A DNA stretch of 64,000 nucleotides from Thermodesulfobacteriota bacterium (GTDB lineage: Bacteria > Desulfobacterota > Desulfobulbia > Desulfobulbales > SURF-16), in assembly GCA_039715015.1 (NCBI GenBank), contig JBDLIE010000001.1, positions 64,001 through 128,000 of the forward strand. Direction: 5' to 3'. Made by a program: the position numbers and the translations under genes. The notes below the pieces were generated by a model that had not been told where the DNA came from, did not search any database, and saw only the letters and a list, made by a program, of their open reading frames with translations. This document shows positions 28,477-38,779 of the stretch, piece by piece. The first letter of the stretch is position 1, and the number at the start of each line of letters is the position of its first letter.

Positions 28477-30246
28477 CTATAGTAAGAAGAGCAGGAGCAA
28501 AAAGGCTATGGTGAAGATGGCCGTAGAGGCCACCGAAAAATTGCCCAGCCTGAATTTGACAAGAACCTTTTCCTCGCTTTCAGCCAGCTGTTGTTCTGTC
28601 ATGCCATGCAGTTTGCAGAAAGGTCTGCTGGCGGCCAGGACGAGGCGGGCCGGACCGTCTTTGCAAAAATGGGCCAGCCAAGTGGTAAAGTCTTGGGCAA
28701 TGAGGCGATTGGTCAGTCTGTTAATTCCATTGAGGCTGAGATCAAAGGCCTGATAAATCAAACGACCGCCTTTGCGGTAGGTCCAATCAAAGTCGAGGTT
28801 CACCGAACGCATCTCTGCCGGATAGATACCGGCAAGCAGCAGCAGGGTAAAGGCCATGGCCGAGAAGAACAGGAGCTGGGTCTGACCCATGACATGGTCA
28901 TAGGTATAGGGCTGGTAGGCCACATCGTAGGGCAGCAAGTCATAGAGAAACTTCGGAAAGCTACCGATAAAGATACAACCAAAGGCGGCCAGGCCCATGG
29001 CCAGCAGCATGTTGAGCGGCGCCTCTTTGACACGGTGGCCTGCATCGTGACCGTAGAAGGTGAAAAAAGGTATTTTGATACCGGCATGATGGAAAACACC
29101 GGCTGCGGCAAAGAGCAGAGTGAACCACACCAGCCAAAGATGCTCGTGGGCCGCCGCCGACATCACCAGCGACTTGGAGACAAAGCCGGAAAAGAGCGGG
29201 AAGGCCGAAATAGAGGCCGCCCCGACAATACAAAACAAGCAGGTCCACGGCATGCTTTTGTAAAGACCGCCCAGATCTGTGGCGTTAACCTTGCCGGTCC
29301 GGTACATCACAGCACCCACGGACATGAAGAGCAGGCCTTTAAAGAGGATGTCGTTAAAGGCATGGGCCACAGCTCCGTTTACGGCTAATTCGGTGCCGAT
29401 ACCAATTCCCACCACCATAAAACCAACCTGGTTGATGAGACTATAGGCCAGTACCCGGCGCAGGTCGTTTTCAATAACGGCAAAGAAAATCGGAAAGGCG
29501 GCCATGGCCGTGCCAATCCAGATAAGAGCAGGTTCGCCTTCAAAGGCGCGGGCCAGAACGTAGACAGCTGTTTTGGTGGTAAAGGCGGACAGAAAAACAG
29601 CTCCGCCGATGGTGGCCTCCGGATAGGCATCAACAAGCCAGGTGTGGAGTAAAGGCCAGGCACAGTTAACTCCAAAGCCCAGAAAAATGAGGATGGTGCC
29701 CATGCTGCTTAAGCCAAGATGGCCAAAATCAAAAGAGCCGACTGTCTGACCGTGGATGACAATACCAGCTAGGAGCAGCAGGCCGCCCACGGCATGGACC
29801 AGAGTATAGCGGAAGGCTGCAGCTGTGGCAGCCTTTGTCTTCCGTGCCAGGATGAGGAACATGGAACTCACGGTCAGCCCTTCCCAGAAGAAAAAGAGCG
29901 AAATCAGATCACCGGCAAAGATCACGCCGAGAGCACAGCCGGAATAGATAAAGCCTGCTACATACTCCACATCGTTCTTGAAGTTGAGAACAAAAAGGAT
30001 GGTTATAAAGGCAATGATGTGAAAGATGATACCAAACAGCCTCGATAGCCTGTCTACCTCAAGCAGGTCAAGTTGATATCCAGCAAATTGCAAGGAGCAG
30101 AGACTGCCCTCCGGCAGGCCCAATACGTTCCACAGTCCTAAAAGAGGCAGGGCCAGGATGTAAGCGCTCTTAAAGCGGCCAGGCAGAAAGGGGATGAGCA
30201 GGGCACCGGCAATAAAGATGAGAGCTGGGATAAGTGCGTTACTCAT
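28477..30246 (-). CDS. mrpD: Mrp-type antiporter MrpD-like subunit (third copy)
   Basis: FFFWE, LHTWLVDAYPEA, TKTAVY, DLRRVLAYS and FKGLLFM. Confidence 0.88.
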   Translation of the reverse strand: MSNALIPALIFIAGALLIPFLPGRFKSAYILALPLLGLWNVLGLPEGSLCSLQFAGYQLDLLEVDRLSRLFGIIFHIIAFITILFVLNFKNDVEYVAGFIYSGCALGVIFAGDLISLFFFWEGLTVSSMFLILARKTKAATAAAFRYTLVHAVGGLLLLAGIVIHGQTVGSFDFGHLGLSSMGTILIFLGFGVNCAWPLLHTWLVDAYPEATIGGAVFLSAFTTKTAVYVLARAFEGEPALIWIGTAMAAFPIFFAVIENDLRRVLAYSLINQVGFMVVGIGIGTELAVNGAVAHAFNDILFKGLLFMSVGAVMYRTGKVNATDLGGLYKSMPWTCLFCIVGAASISAFPLFSGFVSKSLVMSAAAHEHLWLVWFTLLFAAAGVFHHAGIKIPFFTFYGHDAGHRVKEAPLNMLLAMGLAAFGCIFIGSFPKFLYDLLPYDVAYQPYTYDHVMGQTQLLFFSAMAFTLLLLAGIYPAEMRSVNLDFDWTYRKGGRLIYQAFDLSLNGINRLTNRLIAQDFTTWLAHFCKDGPARLVLAASRPFCKLHGMTEQQLAESEEKVLVKFRLGNFSVASTAIFTIAFLLLLFLL

Positions 30247-30487
30247 AATAATCCTCATCCCGTTTGACCCGGGGCCGTAAGACGTATTTGGAGACCAGTA
30301 CCAAAATGACACAGGCCACGAAACCGTAGATGGCATAAAAACCGGGCCACTCCTCCCAAGGCATGTGGGCAGGCCGTTTTATCACCAGGTCAACGGCAAA
30401 GAGCAGCACACAGCAGATGAAGAACACCTTGAGCAGTTTTTTGACGTTATCGATGTTATCCCAAAGATGTTTTTTTTCGTTAGCCAT
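30239..30487 (-). CDS. Small 2-TM Mrp-associated protein
   Basis: PGFYAIYGFVAC...R.EDYYE. RBS AAGGAG. Confidence 0.8.
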   Translation of the reverse strand: MANEKKHLWDNIDNVKKLLKVFFICCVLLFAVDLVIKRPAHMPWEEWPGFYAIYGFVACVILVLVSKYVLRPRVKRDEDYYE

Positions 30488-30692
30488 GGTGATCGCTCTC
30501 CTTACTCTGGCTCTCCTCGTGATGGGCTGGGGGAGAGTCATGGCTGCTGGCCCCAGAGTCTACTTTGCCAAAGGATAAAAAGAGCAGTAGCCCCAGATAA
30601 ACACAGGCCAGGCTGAAGATGATCCAAAAGGCCTTGGCAAAGCCGGGCCACGCCTCGTGGGCCAGTACCATTATTTCTTCATGTTCCTTCAT
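30480..30692 (-). CDS. Small 1-TM protein with His-rich tail
   Basis: Lies within the operon; one hydrophobic helix. Confidence 0.7.
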   Translation of the reverse strand: MKEHEEIMVLAHEAWPGFAKAFWIIFSLACVYLGLLLFLSFGKVDSGASSHDSPPAHHEESQSKESDHHG

Positions 30693-30705
30693 CTAGGCCC
30701 CCTTG

Positions 30706-32184
30706 TTACGCAGCCAGAAAAACGTTAACGAAACCCAGGAAAATTCCAGGCCAGAAAAATAAAATCATAGATGCCACGGCCGTGATAACCGGAGGCAGCA
30801 TGGCACAGGGAGGCGCTTCCTTCATTGGTCCCTGGAACAGAGCCTCTTCCTCTGTGCAGAAAAATGCCTTGTAAACGATGGGCAGAAAATAAGCGGCATT
30901 GAGCAGCGAGCTTATCAGGTAGACCGCCAGTACCCAGAGCAGATCAGCCTGCAGAGCGCCCTGGACCATGAAAAGTTTGCTTATAAGACCGCCGGCCGGC
31001 GGCAGGCCGATGACGCTCAGCGAGCCGATAAAAAAAGCGGCCATGGTAAGGGGCATGCGACGGCCAATACCAACCATTTCACTGATATACTTTTTGCCGG
31101 TGGCCACGAAGATAGCGCCGGCGCAGAAAAACAGGGTGATTTTGCCAAAGGCGTGCATGGCGATATGCAGCATGCCGCCTTGAGCACCAAGCTTTGAGGC
31201 CAGACCGACGCCCAGGACAATATAAGAAAGCTGGCCAATGGTGGAAAAGGCCAACCGTCTTTTCAGGTTGTCCTGGGATAGGGCGATGAGCGATGAAATC
31301 AGGACGGTGATACTGGCAATAATGCAGACAATGGTATTGAGTTGCAGGTCGGCCATGAGGTCCAGGCCGAAAATACCGGTGAACACCCGGACGATGGAAA
31401 AGACACCCACCTTGACAACTGCCACGGCATGGAGCAGGGCGGAAACCGGAGTAGGAGCCACCATGGCACCGGGCAGCCAGGAGTGAAAGGGCATAATGCC
31501 GGATTTTGCAAAGCCAAAGACAAAGAGCAAAAGCAGGCAGGTAAGCAGGGTCGGCGAGGTGTCGGCGGCAAAGACGCCAACGTTGCTGAACTCCAGGGAG
31601 CCGGTGGTCACATAGGTGATGATCATGGCCGGCAGGGCAAAACCGATGGAGGTGGAAAGCAGGTAGGTCAGGTATTTACGGCCGCCACCCCGGGCCTCCT
31701 TGTCCTGGTGATGGGTGACCAGGGGAAATGTGGAGAGCGACAGCATCTCGTAAAAGAGGTACAGGGTAAAGAGGTTGCCGGCAAAGGCCACGCCCATGGT
31801 GGCGGACAGGGCCAGGGCAAAAAAACAGAAATAGCGGGTTTGGGCATGCTCCTCCAGAGCGCGCATATAGCCAATGGAGTAAATGGAAGTGACGATCCAT
31901 AGCGATGAGGCCACCAAGGCAAAGAGCATCCCAAAACCATCGACCTTAAAGCGAATGGCCAGGCCGGGCAGTACCTGCCAGATGTCGTAGGTATGGGTGT
32001 TGCCGGCCAGGATCCACTTGGCCATGGACAGCACGAGCAGCAGCTTGATGGTGCCGGCCGCGAAGGTCCAGAATTCACGCAGGTTTGGCCTTGAACCGCT
32101 TATGGCAATGAGCGGTACGGCAAGCAGGCTGGCAAGTACGGCCAGGGCCGGTGTTGAGGCTATAAAAGGAGCGGTTTGCATCAT
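30706..32184 (-). CDS. mrpD: Mrp-type antiporter MrpD/NuoL-like subunit (second copy)
   Basis: LFYE, HSWLPGAMVAPTPVSALLHAVAVVK and LKRRLAFSTIGQ. Confidence 0.88.
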   Translation of the reverse strand: MMQTAPFIASTPALAVLASLLAVPLIAISGSRPNLREFWTFAAGTIKLLLVLSMAKWILAGNTHTYDIWQVLPGLAIRFKVDGFGMLFALVASSLWIVTSIYSIGYMRALEEHAQTRYFCFFALALSATMGVAFAGNLFTLYLFYEMLSLSTFPLVTHHQDKEARGGGRKYLTYLLSTSIGFALPAMIITYVTTGSLEFSNVGVFAADTSPTLLTCLLLLFVFGFAKSGIMPFHSWLPGAMVAPTPVSALLHAVAVVKVGVFSIVRVFTGIFGLDLMADLQLNTIVCIIASITVLISSLIALSQDNLKRRLAFSTIGQLSYIVLGVGLASKLGAQGGMLHIAMHAFGKITLFFCAGAIFVATGKKYISEMVGIGRRMPLTMAAFFIGSLSVIGLPPAGGLISKLFMVQGALQADLLWVLAVYLISSLLNAAYFLPIVYKAFFCTEEEALFQGPMKEAPPCAMLPPVITAVASMILFFWPGIFLGFVNVFLAA

Positions 32185-32187
32185 AAT

Positions 32188-33696
32188 CTATAATCCCGCC
32201 GGAATTGTATACTTGATAAGCCCGGAGACGATCTGGTTGGTATACAGACCCACCACAATCAGCATGGCAGCGGTAACAACCATGGGCAGCAGCATGGAGA
32301 GCGGTGCCTCCTTGACCTTGATCCTGCGATGGTGTTTAGGTTTGCCGTCGGCATCAAACTCGTCATAATAGCCGATCTCGATAAGTCTGAAAAAGAGTAC
32401 GGCGTTAACCAGGCTGGAGATCAGCAAAGCAACGACAAAGCCATACTGACCTGCCATAACGCCGCCCTTGATAAGGTACCATTTGGAGAAAAATCCGCAG
32501 GTGGGCGGGATGCCGATCATGGCAAAGGCGCCGACCAGAAAGACCACTGCCGTAATGGGCATCTTGCGGAAGATGCCACGCATGGCCTCAAGTTTGTCGC
32601 TTCCTGTTTTAAAGGAGATGGCACCAACAACCATAAACAGGCAGGCGGTCATCAGGCCGTCACTGAGGATATGATATGTCGCACCGGTGAGACCGGCTGC
32701 GTTGCCGAGCCAAGCACCGCCCACCATATAGCCCACCTCGGCGATGATGATGTAGGTCAGCATCCGTTTCATGCTGGTCTGGGCCAAAGCGCCGAAGGAG
32801 CCGGCCAGTATGGCGATGCAGGCCAGCCATACCACAACCTTGCTCCAGCCCAGGGTGGTGTGGATAAAGGCCACGGAAAAGACGCCGAACATTACCCGGA
32901 TCATAATATAGACGCTGACCTTGGTCATCAAAGGCGCCACCAAACAACTGGTGGTGGTGGAGGCCCGGGTGTAGGCGTTAGGCAGCCAGCCATGCAGCGG
33001 GAAGAAGGCCATCTTGATCCACAGACCGACCATGATCAGGATAAAGGCCACCCGGATACTCTCGGATGTGAGCAGCTCGGGCCGGGCCAGAAAATCGACC
33101 ATTTCCGCCATGTTCAATGTGCCGGTCTTAATATAGAGGTAGCCGACGCCAAGCAGATATAAGCATGCGCCAATGGTGCCCATGATCACGTACTTGAAGG
33201 TGGCGTAATAGGCAAGGCCGCGACCACGGGCTAGAAGGGCATAGCTCGACAGGGCCGAAATCTCCATCAAGACATAGAGATTAAAGGCGTCACCCGTGGC
33301 GGTGATGCCGAGCAGACCGGCCACCAACAGGGCAAAGAGCGTATAATAATGGTGGATTCGGTCGGCGATCTCCTGGCGCACCGTGTTTTTCGAGAAAATG
33401 GCGACCAGCAGCGCCACGCCAGAAACCATGGCCAAAACAAGAGAGTTGAGTGGATCAATAACCAGCTCAATGCCGTAGGGCGGCGCCCAGTCGCCGAGAC
33501 GATAGCGTAAGGGCCCTTCAGCAGCGTGAAGTGCCACCTGCTTGAGGGTGGCCAGGGCAGAGTAAAAGGAGAGGCCAAGGCTACCGACAATAAGCAGGTA
33601 GGCCATCCTGCGGTGCAGGCCACCGATCAGGCTGATGATTAAGGCGCCAAACAGCGGGGCCAGAATGAGAAGTACTGCGTGTTGCTCCAGGCTCAT
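32188..33696 (-). CDS. mrpD: Mrp antiporter subunit D
   Basis: DAFNLYVLME, KMAFFPLHGWLPNAY and GFFSKW. Confidence 0.9.
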   Translation of the reverse strand: MSLEQHAVLLILAPLFGALIISLIGGLHRRMAYLLIVGSLGLSFYSALATLKQVALHAAEGPLRYRLGDWAPPYGIELVIDPLNSLVLAMVSGVALLVAIFSKNTVRQEIADRIHHYYTLFALLVAGLLGITATGDAFNLYVLMEISALSSYALLARGRGLAYYATFKYVIMGTIGACLYLLGVGYLYIKTGTLNMAEMVDFLARPELLTSESIRVAFILIMVGLWIKMAFFPLHGWLPNAYTRASTTTSCLVAPLMTKVSVYIMIRVMFGVFSVAFIHTTLGWSKVVVWLACIAILAGSFGALAQTSMKRMLTYIIIAEVGYMVGGAWLGNAAGLTGATYHILSDGLMTACLFMVVGAISFKTGSDKLEAMRGIFRKMPITAVVFLVGAFAMIGIPPTCGFFSKWYLIKGGVMAGQYGFVVALLISSLVNAVLFFRLIEIGYYDEFDADGKPKHHRRIKVKEAPLSMLLPMVVTAAMLIVVGLYTNQIVSGLIKYTIPAGL

Positions 33697-34094
33697 TGGT
33701 CGATGGTCTCCAGGATTTCATCCTCTTCAATGGTTCCATGAACCCGGTAAATCTTCTGTAATATAGCAAGGGCCACACCCAGGGTGCTGACGCCGACAAC
33801 AATGGCTGTAAGCATCAGAACGTGGGGCAGAGGGTTGGCGTAACTGGCCGCCTCGATGGCTTGATGGGCGCCGTGGTGAGCACCATGGCCGTGGTCCAGG
33901 ATGGGGATGGTGGCACCACGTTTGTCACCTATGGAGACATAAAAAAGGATGATGGCCGCCTGGAAGATCGACATGCCGATTACCTTCTTGAGCAGGTTAT
34001 TTTTGGCAATCATGCCGTACAGGCCGATGAGCAGCAGAATGATCGCAGCCCAGTAGTTGTAGCGGCTGATGATATAGGTAAGAACGTCTTCCAT
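33693..34094 (-). CDS. mrpC: Mrp antiporter subunit C
   Basis: NLLKKVIG and NPLPHVLMLTAIVVG. Confidence 0.9.
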   Translation of the reverse strand: MEDVLTYIISRYNYWAAIILLLIGLYGMIAKNNLLKKVIGMSIFQAAIILFYVSIGDKRGATIPILDHGHGAHHGAHQAIEAASYANPLPHVLMLTAIVVGVSTLGVALAILQKIYRVHGTIEEDEILETIDQ

Positions 34095-34095
34095 T

Positions 34096-34845
34096 TTAGA
34101 GCCCCTCGTCCAGATCGCCGCCTGAGGCCAGGTCGATATAGAGTGAAAACATGATGGACAACACGGTGATGGCCACACCGATTTCCACCCCGAGCATGCC
34201 GTGCGAGTGGGCGGCAGGCTGGTTGATGCCCAGCACCTTGCCCCAGGCACCGTAGGCTAGGAAGTTGCGGCCCAGGTAGAGACATCCCAGACCGATACCG
34301 GCATAAAGCAGCACACCGATGGCGGAAAACCTCATCACCGATTTTTCTTTGAAACGGCTGAGCACCGTCCCCAGGTCATAGGAGAGGGCGAGCAGGATAA
34401 AGCTGGCCCCCAGGATAACGCCGCCCTGAAAACCACCGCCCGGGCTATGGTGACCGTGGGCAACCACGTAAAGGGCAAAGAGTTGCATGGCCGGAACCAA
34501 CAGGCGCGAGGCGCTCTGCAGGATAATGTCGGCACCGGGTCGATCCGGCCGAGGCTGGAAAGATTTGGCCTTTTTCCGGCGGGTACGGCGCAGGACAATG
34601 AGTACGGTGATACCGGCGCAGAAAATGACCACCGTCTCAAACATGGTGTCGTAACCACGGTAATCAGCCAGTACTGAGGTGACGATGTTGGGAACAGAGG
34701 TTTCGTCGTAGGATTTCTCCAAATAATAATCGGAGAGATGAGTTGAGGCCGGAGACTGGGGATCACCCCAGTCGGGCAGATCTTCGGCGGCCCTCAGGAG
34801 CAAAATTCCCAACATCGCTATTATGATCAAAGCTGCTTTTTTCAC
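34096..34845 (-). CDS. mrpB: Mrp antiporter subunit B
   Basis: PNIVTSVLADYRGYDTMFE and GHHSPGGGFQGG. GTG start inferred. Confidence 0.88.
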   Translation of the reverse strand: MKKAALIIIAMLGILLLRAAEDLPDWGDPQSPASTHLSDYYLEKSYDETSVPNIVTSVLADYRGYDTMFETVVIFCAGITVLIVLRRTRRKKAKSFQPRPDRPGADIILQSASRLLVPAMQLFALYVVAHGHHSPGGGFQGGVILGASFILLALSYDLGTVLSRFKEKSVMRFSAIGVLLYAGIGLGCLYLGRNFLAYGAWGKVLGINQPAAHSHGMLGVEIGVAITVLSIMFSLYIDLASGGDLDEGL

Positions 34846-34897
34846 GTCTTTTTTTTTCGTTTTGTTTGCTTTGTAGATGTTTCCTTTTAAGAGCGAT

Positions 34898-35161
34898 CTA
34901 ATCCTTTGATCTGCGCTTGACATGCAGGGCCGTGCCCAGCAGCAGTACTGTGCTCACTCCGGCTCCGACGGCGGCCTCGGTAAAGGCCACGTCCACGGCC
35001 AGCATCTCAGTCCAGAGCAAACACATAAGAAAGCTGAAAGCTCCGCTAATCACGGCACAACTCACCAAGTCTTTCAGGCTGAGAGCGGCAATGGCGCAGA
35101 TTATCACCATGGGCAGAATAAGCAGATCAAATTGCCAGAGCAGGCTTGCGTCCCAGGACAT
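34898..35161 (-). CDS. DUF4040 / MrpB-related small subunit
   Basis: AVDVAFTEAAVGAGVST. Confidence 0.85.
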   Translation of the reverse strand: MSWDASLLWQFDLLILPMVIICAIAALSLKDLVSCAVISGAFSFLMCLLWTEMLAVDVAFTEAAVGAGVSTVLLLGTALHVKRRSKD

Positions 35162-35163
35162 AG

Positions 35164-35523
35164 TTACTTTTCCTCCTCATCAGTGTCGCTCCAAAGGGTG
35201 CTTTCGTCATCATCGCGTGCCCAGTGCCGTACTTTGGACTCGTAACCAGCATCCATGATGGCATGGGTGGCTGTGGGGCTGGCAATAAAAACAAGCAGGC
35301 AAATCAGGACAATTTTGCCGCTGACCAGTACGCTGCTCAAGGACAGGTGGTGCAAGTTGTAGAGTGCCAGTCCAAACAGCATCAGCATAACACTTAAGGT
35401 GTCGCCTTTACCGGCAGCATGAGTGCGGCAGTAAAAATCAGGGAAGCGAAGAATACCGATAGTGGTGCCGAAAAAGAAAAACAGGCCGGTGACCATGAGA
35501 ATTATGACCAGGATATCTATCAT
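35164..35523 (-). CDS. mrpG: Mrp antiporter subunit G
   Basis: RFPDFYCRTHAAGKGDT and PTATHA. Confidence 0.92.
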   Translation of the reverse strand: MIDILVIILMVTGLFFFFGTTIGILRFPDFYCRTHAAGKGDTLSVMLMLFGLALYNLHHLSLSSVLVSGKIVLICLLVFIASPTATHAIMDAGYESKVRHWARDDDESTLWSDTDEEEK

Positions 35524-35828
35524 GCTGAACTCCCCCCTCTTTCTTCCTGATCAAGATGAACCTTTTTATGACGTTGGAAGAAACGGGCTGCTGCCAACGA
35601 GGCAATAAAGTTGAGCAGGGCGTAGGTCAAGGCAATATCGACAAACATATCCACCCGTTTGTAGAGCACACCGATCAGGACGATAAGCACTGTGGTCTTA
35701 GTGCCGATGACATTTACTCCCAGGATGCGGTCCAGGGGAGTAGGGCCAACAACGGTGCGGTACAGGGTGAGAAACATGAGCAGAAGAATGGCCACGCCAA
35801 TGGTGATGAAAAAATGTTCCAAGGTCAC
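35520..35828 (-). CDS. mrpF: Mrp antiporter subunit F
   Basis: GPTPLDR and DIALTYALLNF. Confidence 0.92.
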   Translation of the reverse strand: MTLEHFFITIGVAILLLMFLTLYRTVVGPTPLDRILGVNVIGTKTTVLIVLIGVLYKRVDMFVDIALTYALLNFIASLAAARFFQRHKKVHLDQEERGGSSA

Positions 35829-36358
35829 GACTCCTTGTCCGTCAGGTAGCAGAAGTTATTCCTTTCAAAGACCATGGCAACACGGCGTTCCATTTCGCTG
35901 ATTGCCTCCTGATCGGCCAGTTCGCCGGCAGCCTCCTGGCTAATGGCGTGGACATAGAGGGTGTCGCCATGAATACGGATGGTGACGGTGCCGGGCGTCA
36001 GAGTTATGGAGTTGGCTAAGACAAAGCGAGAGAAGTCGTTACGGAGGATGGTCTTAAAGCTAAAAATATGGGGCGCCAACTCGTTGCGCATGCGCCGGCC
36101 GGAAAGGGCCAGCCCTATGACGTGGAAGTTGGCAATGACGATTTGCCAGAGAAGCCAGCCAAAATAGCCGAGAAAACGGCCAGCCTCAATGATGCGTCTG
36201 CTAAAACCTTTATCCCTTTCTAAAAAGAGGAGATCGCTGGAGAGCCGGGCCACAAGAGCGCAGGACAGCGCGCCCAGACTCAAGTGGAACAGGTCAAACT
36301 TTCCGGAGAGCAGCAGCCAAAGGGCAAAAAGAAGTATGAAGGTTGCAGTGCCAAACAA
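35825..36358 (-). CDS. mrpE: Mrp antiporter subunit E
   Basis: WLLLSG, ANSITLTPGT and VHA. Confidence 0.92.
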   Translation of the reverse strand: MFGTATFILLFALWLLLSGKFDLFHLSLGALSCALVARLSSDLLFLERDKGFSRRIIEAGRFLGYFGWLLWQIVIANFHVIGLALSGRRMRNELAPHIFSFKTILRNDFSRFVLANSITLTPGTVTIRIHGDTLYVHAISQEAAGELADQEAISEMERRVAMVFERNNFCYLTDKES

Positions 36359-36577
36359 AATGGAGTCTCTAGCAATAAACAGTCAATAGTTTGTCAAAAA
36401 GGTTCCGTGGGTATTTCCACCAGGGTCGCAGCCCCTTTTAGCCTTTTTTTTGAAAGTCTTCAACCAATCACCACCCATTTTTACTTTTGGTGGTTTGAAA
36501 TTGAAAGAGGGATGCTATCCAGTCTACTGTTATCAAGCATTTTGTCCAGTGAATATGTCGCAGGTTGTTAGTGTTGG

Positions 36578-37237
36578 TTACTCGGTTAGTTGTCCCCAAA
36601 TAGCCAGGTGGCGATCGCTGACCTCTCGGCATTGCAGGTTCAGGTCCTGCTCTGCAAGTTGCAGGGCTACCTCGCCGGGGCGGTAGGCAGCCAGCAATGA
36701 ATTGTAGAAATCCTGCTGGAGGATCTCTGGCTCGTCGCTGCTATATTTCTCGACAATGGCCTTTGCGTCTTCAGGCGAGCCGGGACGGAAAAGATCCATA
36801 ACAAAAATCAAGGTGCCCGGTTCGGCAAGTTTTTTAACACTCTGCCAGAGGTCCGCCGGATTGTTGAGGTGGTGCAGAAGGCTGTTTGACAAGATGACCT
36901 GCCAGGTGCCGATATCGTCTGGGAAAGGCAGCTGCTTGCATTGAAAGGCGATAGAGGATGATGTGGTAGAGCCGCATGCTAAGTAAGCATGGTTGAGCAT
37001 CTCTTCTGACCCGTCAAGGCCAAGGCAGGTGCAGCCCGGAAAGATGCGAGCGAAATCGAATAAAATATGACCGGGGCCGCATCCCAGATCAAGGACTGTG
37101 GCTCTGCCTGAAAAGTCAGGGAAGGTCGTGTGAAACAGATCGAGAAACTGTTTGTTGGCTGGGCTGAAATCAGCTTCGGCATAGACCTTGGCCTGCTCAA
37201 CTCCTTCCATCAATTCCGGTTCGGCAATGCGCTGCAC
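36578..37237 (-). CDS. Class I SAM-dependent methyltransferase
   Basis: EPELM, LDLGCGPG, SNSLLHH and DLFRP. Confidence 0.9.
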   Translation of the reverse strand: MQRIAEPELMEGVEQAKVYAEADFSPANKQFLDLFHTTFPDFSGRATVLDLGCGPGHILFDFARIFPGCTCLGLDGSEEMLNHAYLACGSTTSSSIAFQCKQLPFPDDIGTWQVILSNSLLHHLNNPADLWQSVKKLAEPGTLIFVMDLFRPGSPEDAKAIVEKYSSDEPEILQQDFYNSLLAAYRPGEVALQLAEQDLNLQCREVSDRHLAIWGQLTE

Positions 37238-37249
37238 GAGAGTATCTCC

Positions 37250-37281
37250 AAAAAAAATCCCACCTTAAAAAAGGTGGGATT
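37250..37281 (-). terminator. Rho-independent terminator
   Basis: AATCCCACCTT / AAGGTGGGATT stem with a U run on the minus strand. Confidence 0.75.
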
Positions 37282-37314
37282 AAAAAATCCATTTTATGGC
37301 AGTGAGGTGGATAG

Positions 37315-37764
37315 TTACCAGCCCCAGAGAAGGTCACGCTTTACCCAGCCTTCGACATTTTCCTCATCATGACGAATCTTAACCCAGCCCTTACGGCGCT
37401 CTAAGGTACGGAGAACCACACCCCTCTTGGCCTGGCGAACTATTTTATATCTGGTGCTCGGGCCGCTACGCAGATTTATGGCCCTTTTTTTGACCACCAG
37501 ATGCGCTTTGCGGCTCACCAGTTTTTTGTAGACCCAGCCTTTATCATTTTCAAAGTCAACAACTCGGTACCAGCTGCCTTTTGAGCCTATCACCTTAAGA
37601 GGATAGCCGCGGCCAAGCTCCCAGAGCACCTTGTATTTAGAACCAGGGCCACTGCGCAGATTGATCATGTCAGCATCAACGCTAACCATCTTGGCCTGGG
37701 CCAAAGTGGCTGGGCCCACCAGCAAGAGACAGGCAAGAGCTATAAGAGAAAACTTACGAATCAT
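37315..37764 (-). CDS. Exported protein with two bacterial SH3 domains
   Basis: Signal peptide; two INLRSGP...W...GWV units. Confidence 0.9.
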   Translation of the reverse strand: MIRKFSLIALACLLLVGPATLAQAKMVSVDADMINLRSGPGSKYKVLWELGRGYPLKVIGSKGSWYRVVDFENDKGWVYKKLVSRKAHLVVKKRAINLRSGPSTRYKIVRQAKRGVVLRTLERRKGWVKIRHDEENVEGWVKRDLLWGW

Positions 37765-37843
37765 AAGAGGTTTCCATCATTAGTAAATGCAAAGAATTTG
37801 TAACCTACCGATCTGCAAAGAAACTGTCCAGCTAAAAAAGGTT

Positions 37844-38737
37844 TCATTTTGCAGGTACTTTTTTGGTGCGGATGTCCCCGGCTTGTACAGGGAGACCGCC
37901 AATTTCAAGGCCGATAGCACCAAAGCGACAGGCCTCATTCATACACTTGAGGCAGGTGATACATTCACCATCATCCGGGGATTCGTTAAATTTAACACCC
38001 ATGGGGCAGACATCATGGCATTCCAGGCATTTGGTGCATTTTGACTCGTTCAGGGTGAGACGGACCATTTTTGCCTTCCTGAAGAGGCCGTACCAGGCTC
38101 CCAAGGGACAGGTGGTGCGGCAAAAAGGGCGGCTGGCAACCACGCTCCATGCCAGGAAAAGAATCATAATGGTAAATTTTGACCAAAACAGGGTGCCGAT
38201 AATCTGCTGCAGGTCCGGTTGCAAAAAGAGCATGGGTAAACCCGCCTCAAGGGTACCTGCCGGGCAGATGAACTTGCAGAACCAGGGAAGGCCCATATCA
38301 AACTCGTTAATGTAGACCACCGGTAAAATGAAAATCGTCAGGGCCAGAAGTCCATATTTTATAAAACGTAAGGGGCGGGGTACGGAAAATTTAGGTGAGG
38401 GGATTTTATGGAGTAGTTCCTGTATAAAGCCGAAGGGGCAGGCCCAGCCGCAAACCATACGCCCAAAAACAGCACCGAGAAAGCCTATGGAGCCAATGAC
38501 ATAAAATCCTACATAAAATTGGCCGTTTGCCAGGGTCATTCGCACGGAGAGGAGGAGCTGCTGGATGGCGCCGAGGGGGCAGGCCGTTGTCGCAGCCGGG
38601 CACGAGTAGCAGTTGAGACCTGGAGAGCAGAGGACCTTGAGCGGTCCTTGGTACAGCGAGCGGGTAAAGGGAAAGCTCCAGGAGGCATTGGTGAGAATTA
38701 AAATGCCTGCCTGAAACCATTTGCGCAAAAATTCCAT
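37844..38737 (-). CDS. Membrane 4Fe-4S protein (NapH/YccM-like)
   Basis: LNCYSCP, CGWACP, CKFICP, CRTTCP, CTKCLECHDVCP and CITCLKCMNEAC. Confidence 0.88.
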   Translation of the reverse strand: MEFLRKWFQAGILILTNASWSFPFTRSLYQGPLKVLCSPGLNCYSCPAATTACPLGAIQQLLLSVRMTLANGQFYVGFYVIGSIGFLGAVFGRMVCGWACPFGFIQELLHKIPSPKFSVPRPLRFIKYGLLALTIFILPVVYINEFDMGLPWFCKFICPAGTLEAGLPMLFLQPDLQQIIGTLFWSKFTIMILFLAWSVVASRPFCRTTCPLGAWYGLFRKAKMVRLTLNESKCTKCLECHDVCPMGVKFNESPDDGECITCLKCMNEACRFGAIGLEIGGLPVQAGDIRTKKVPAK

Positions 38738-38779
38738 ATGAGTAGTGGTAGACCGAGAAAAGGGGAATTAACAGGAGCG

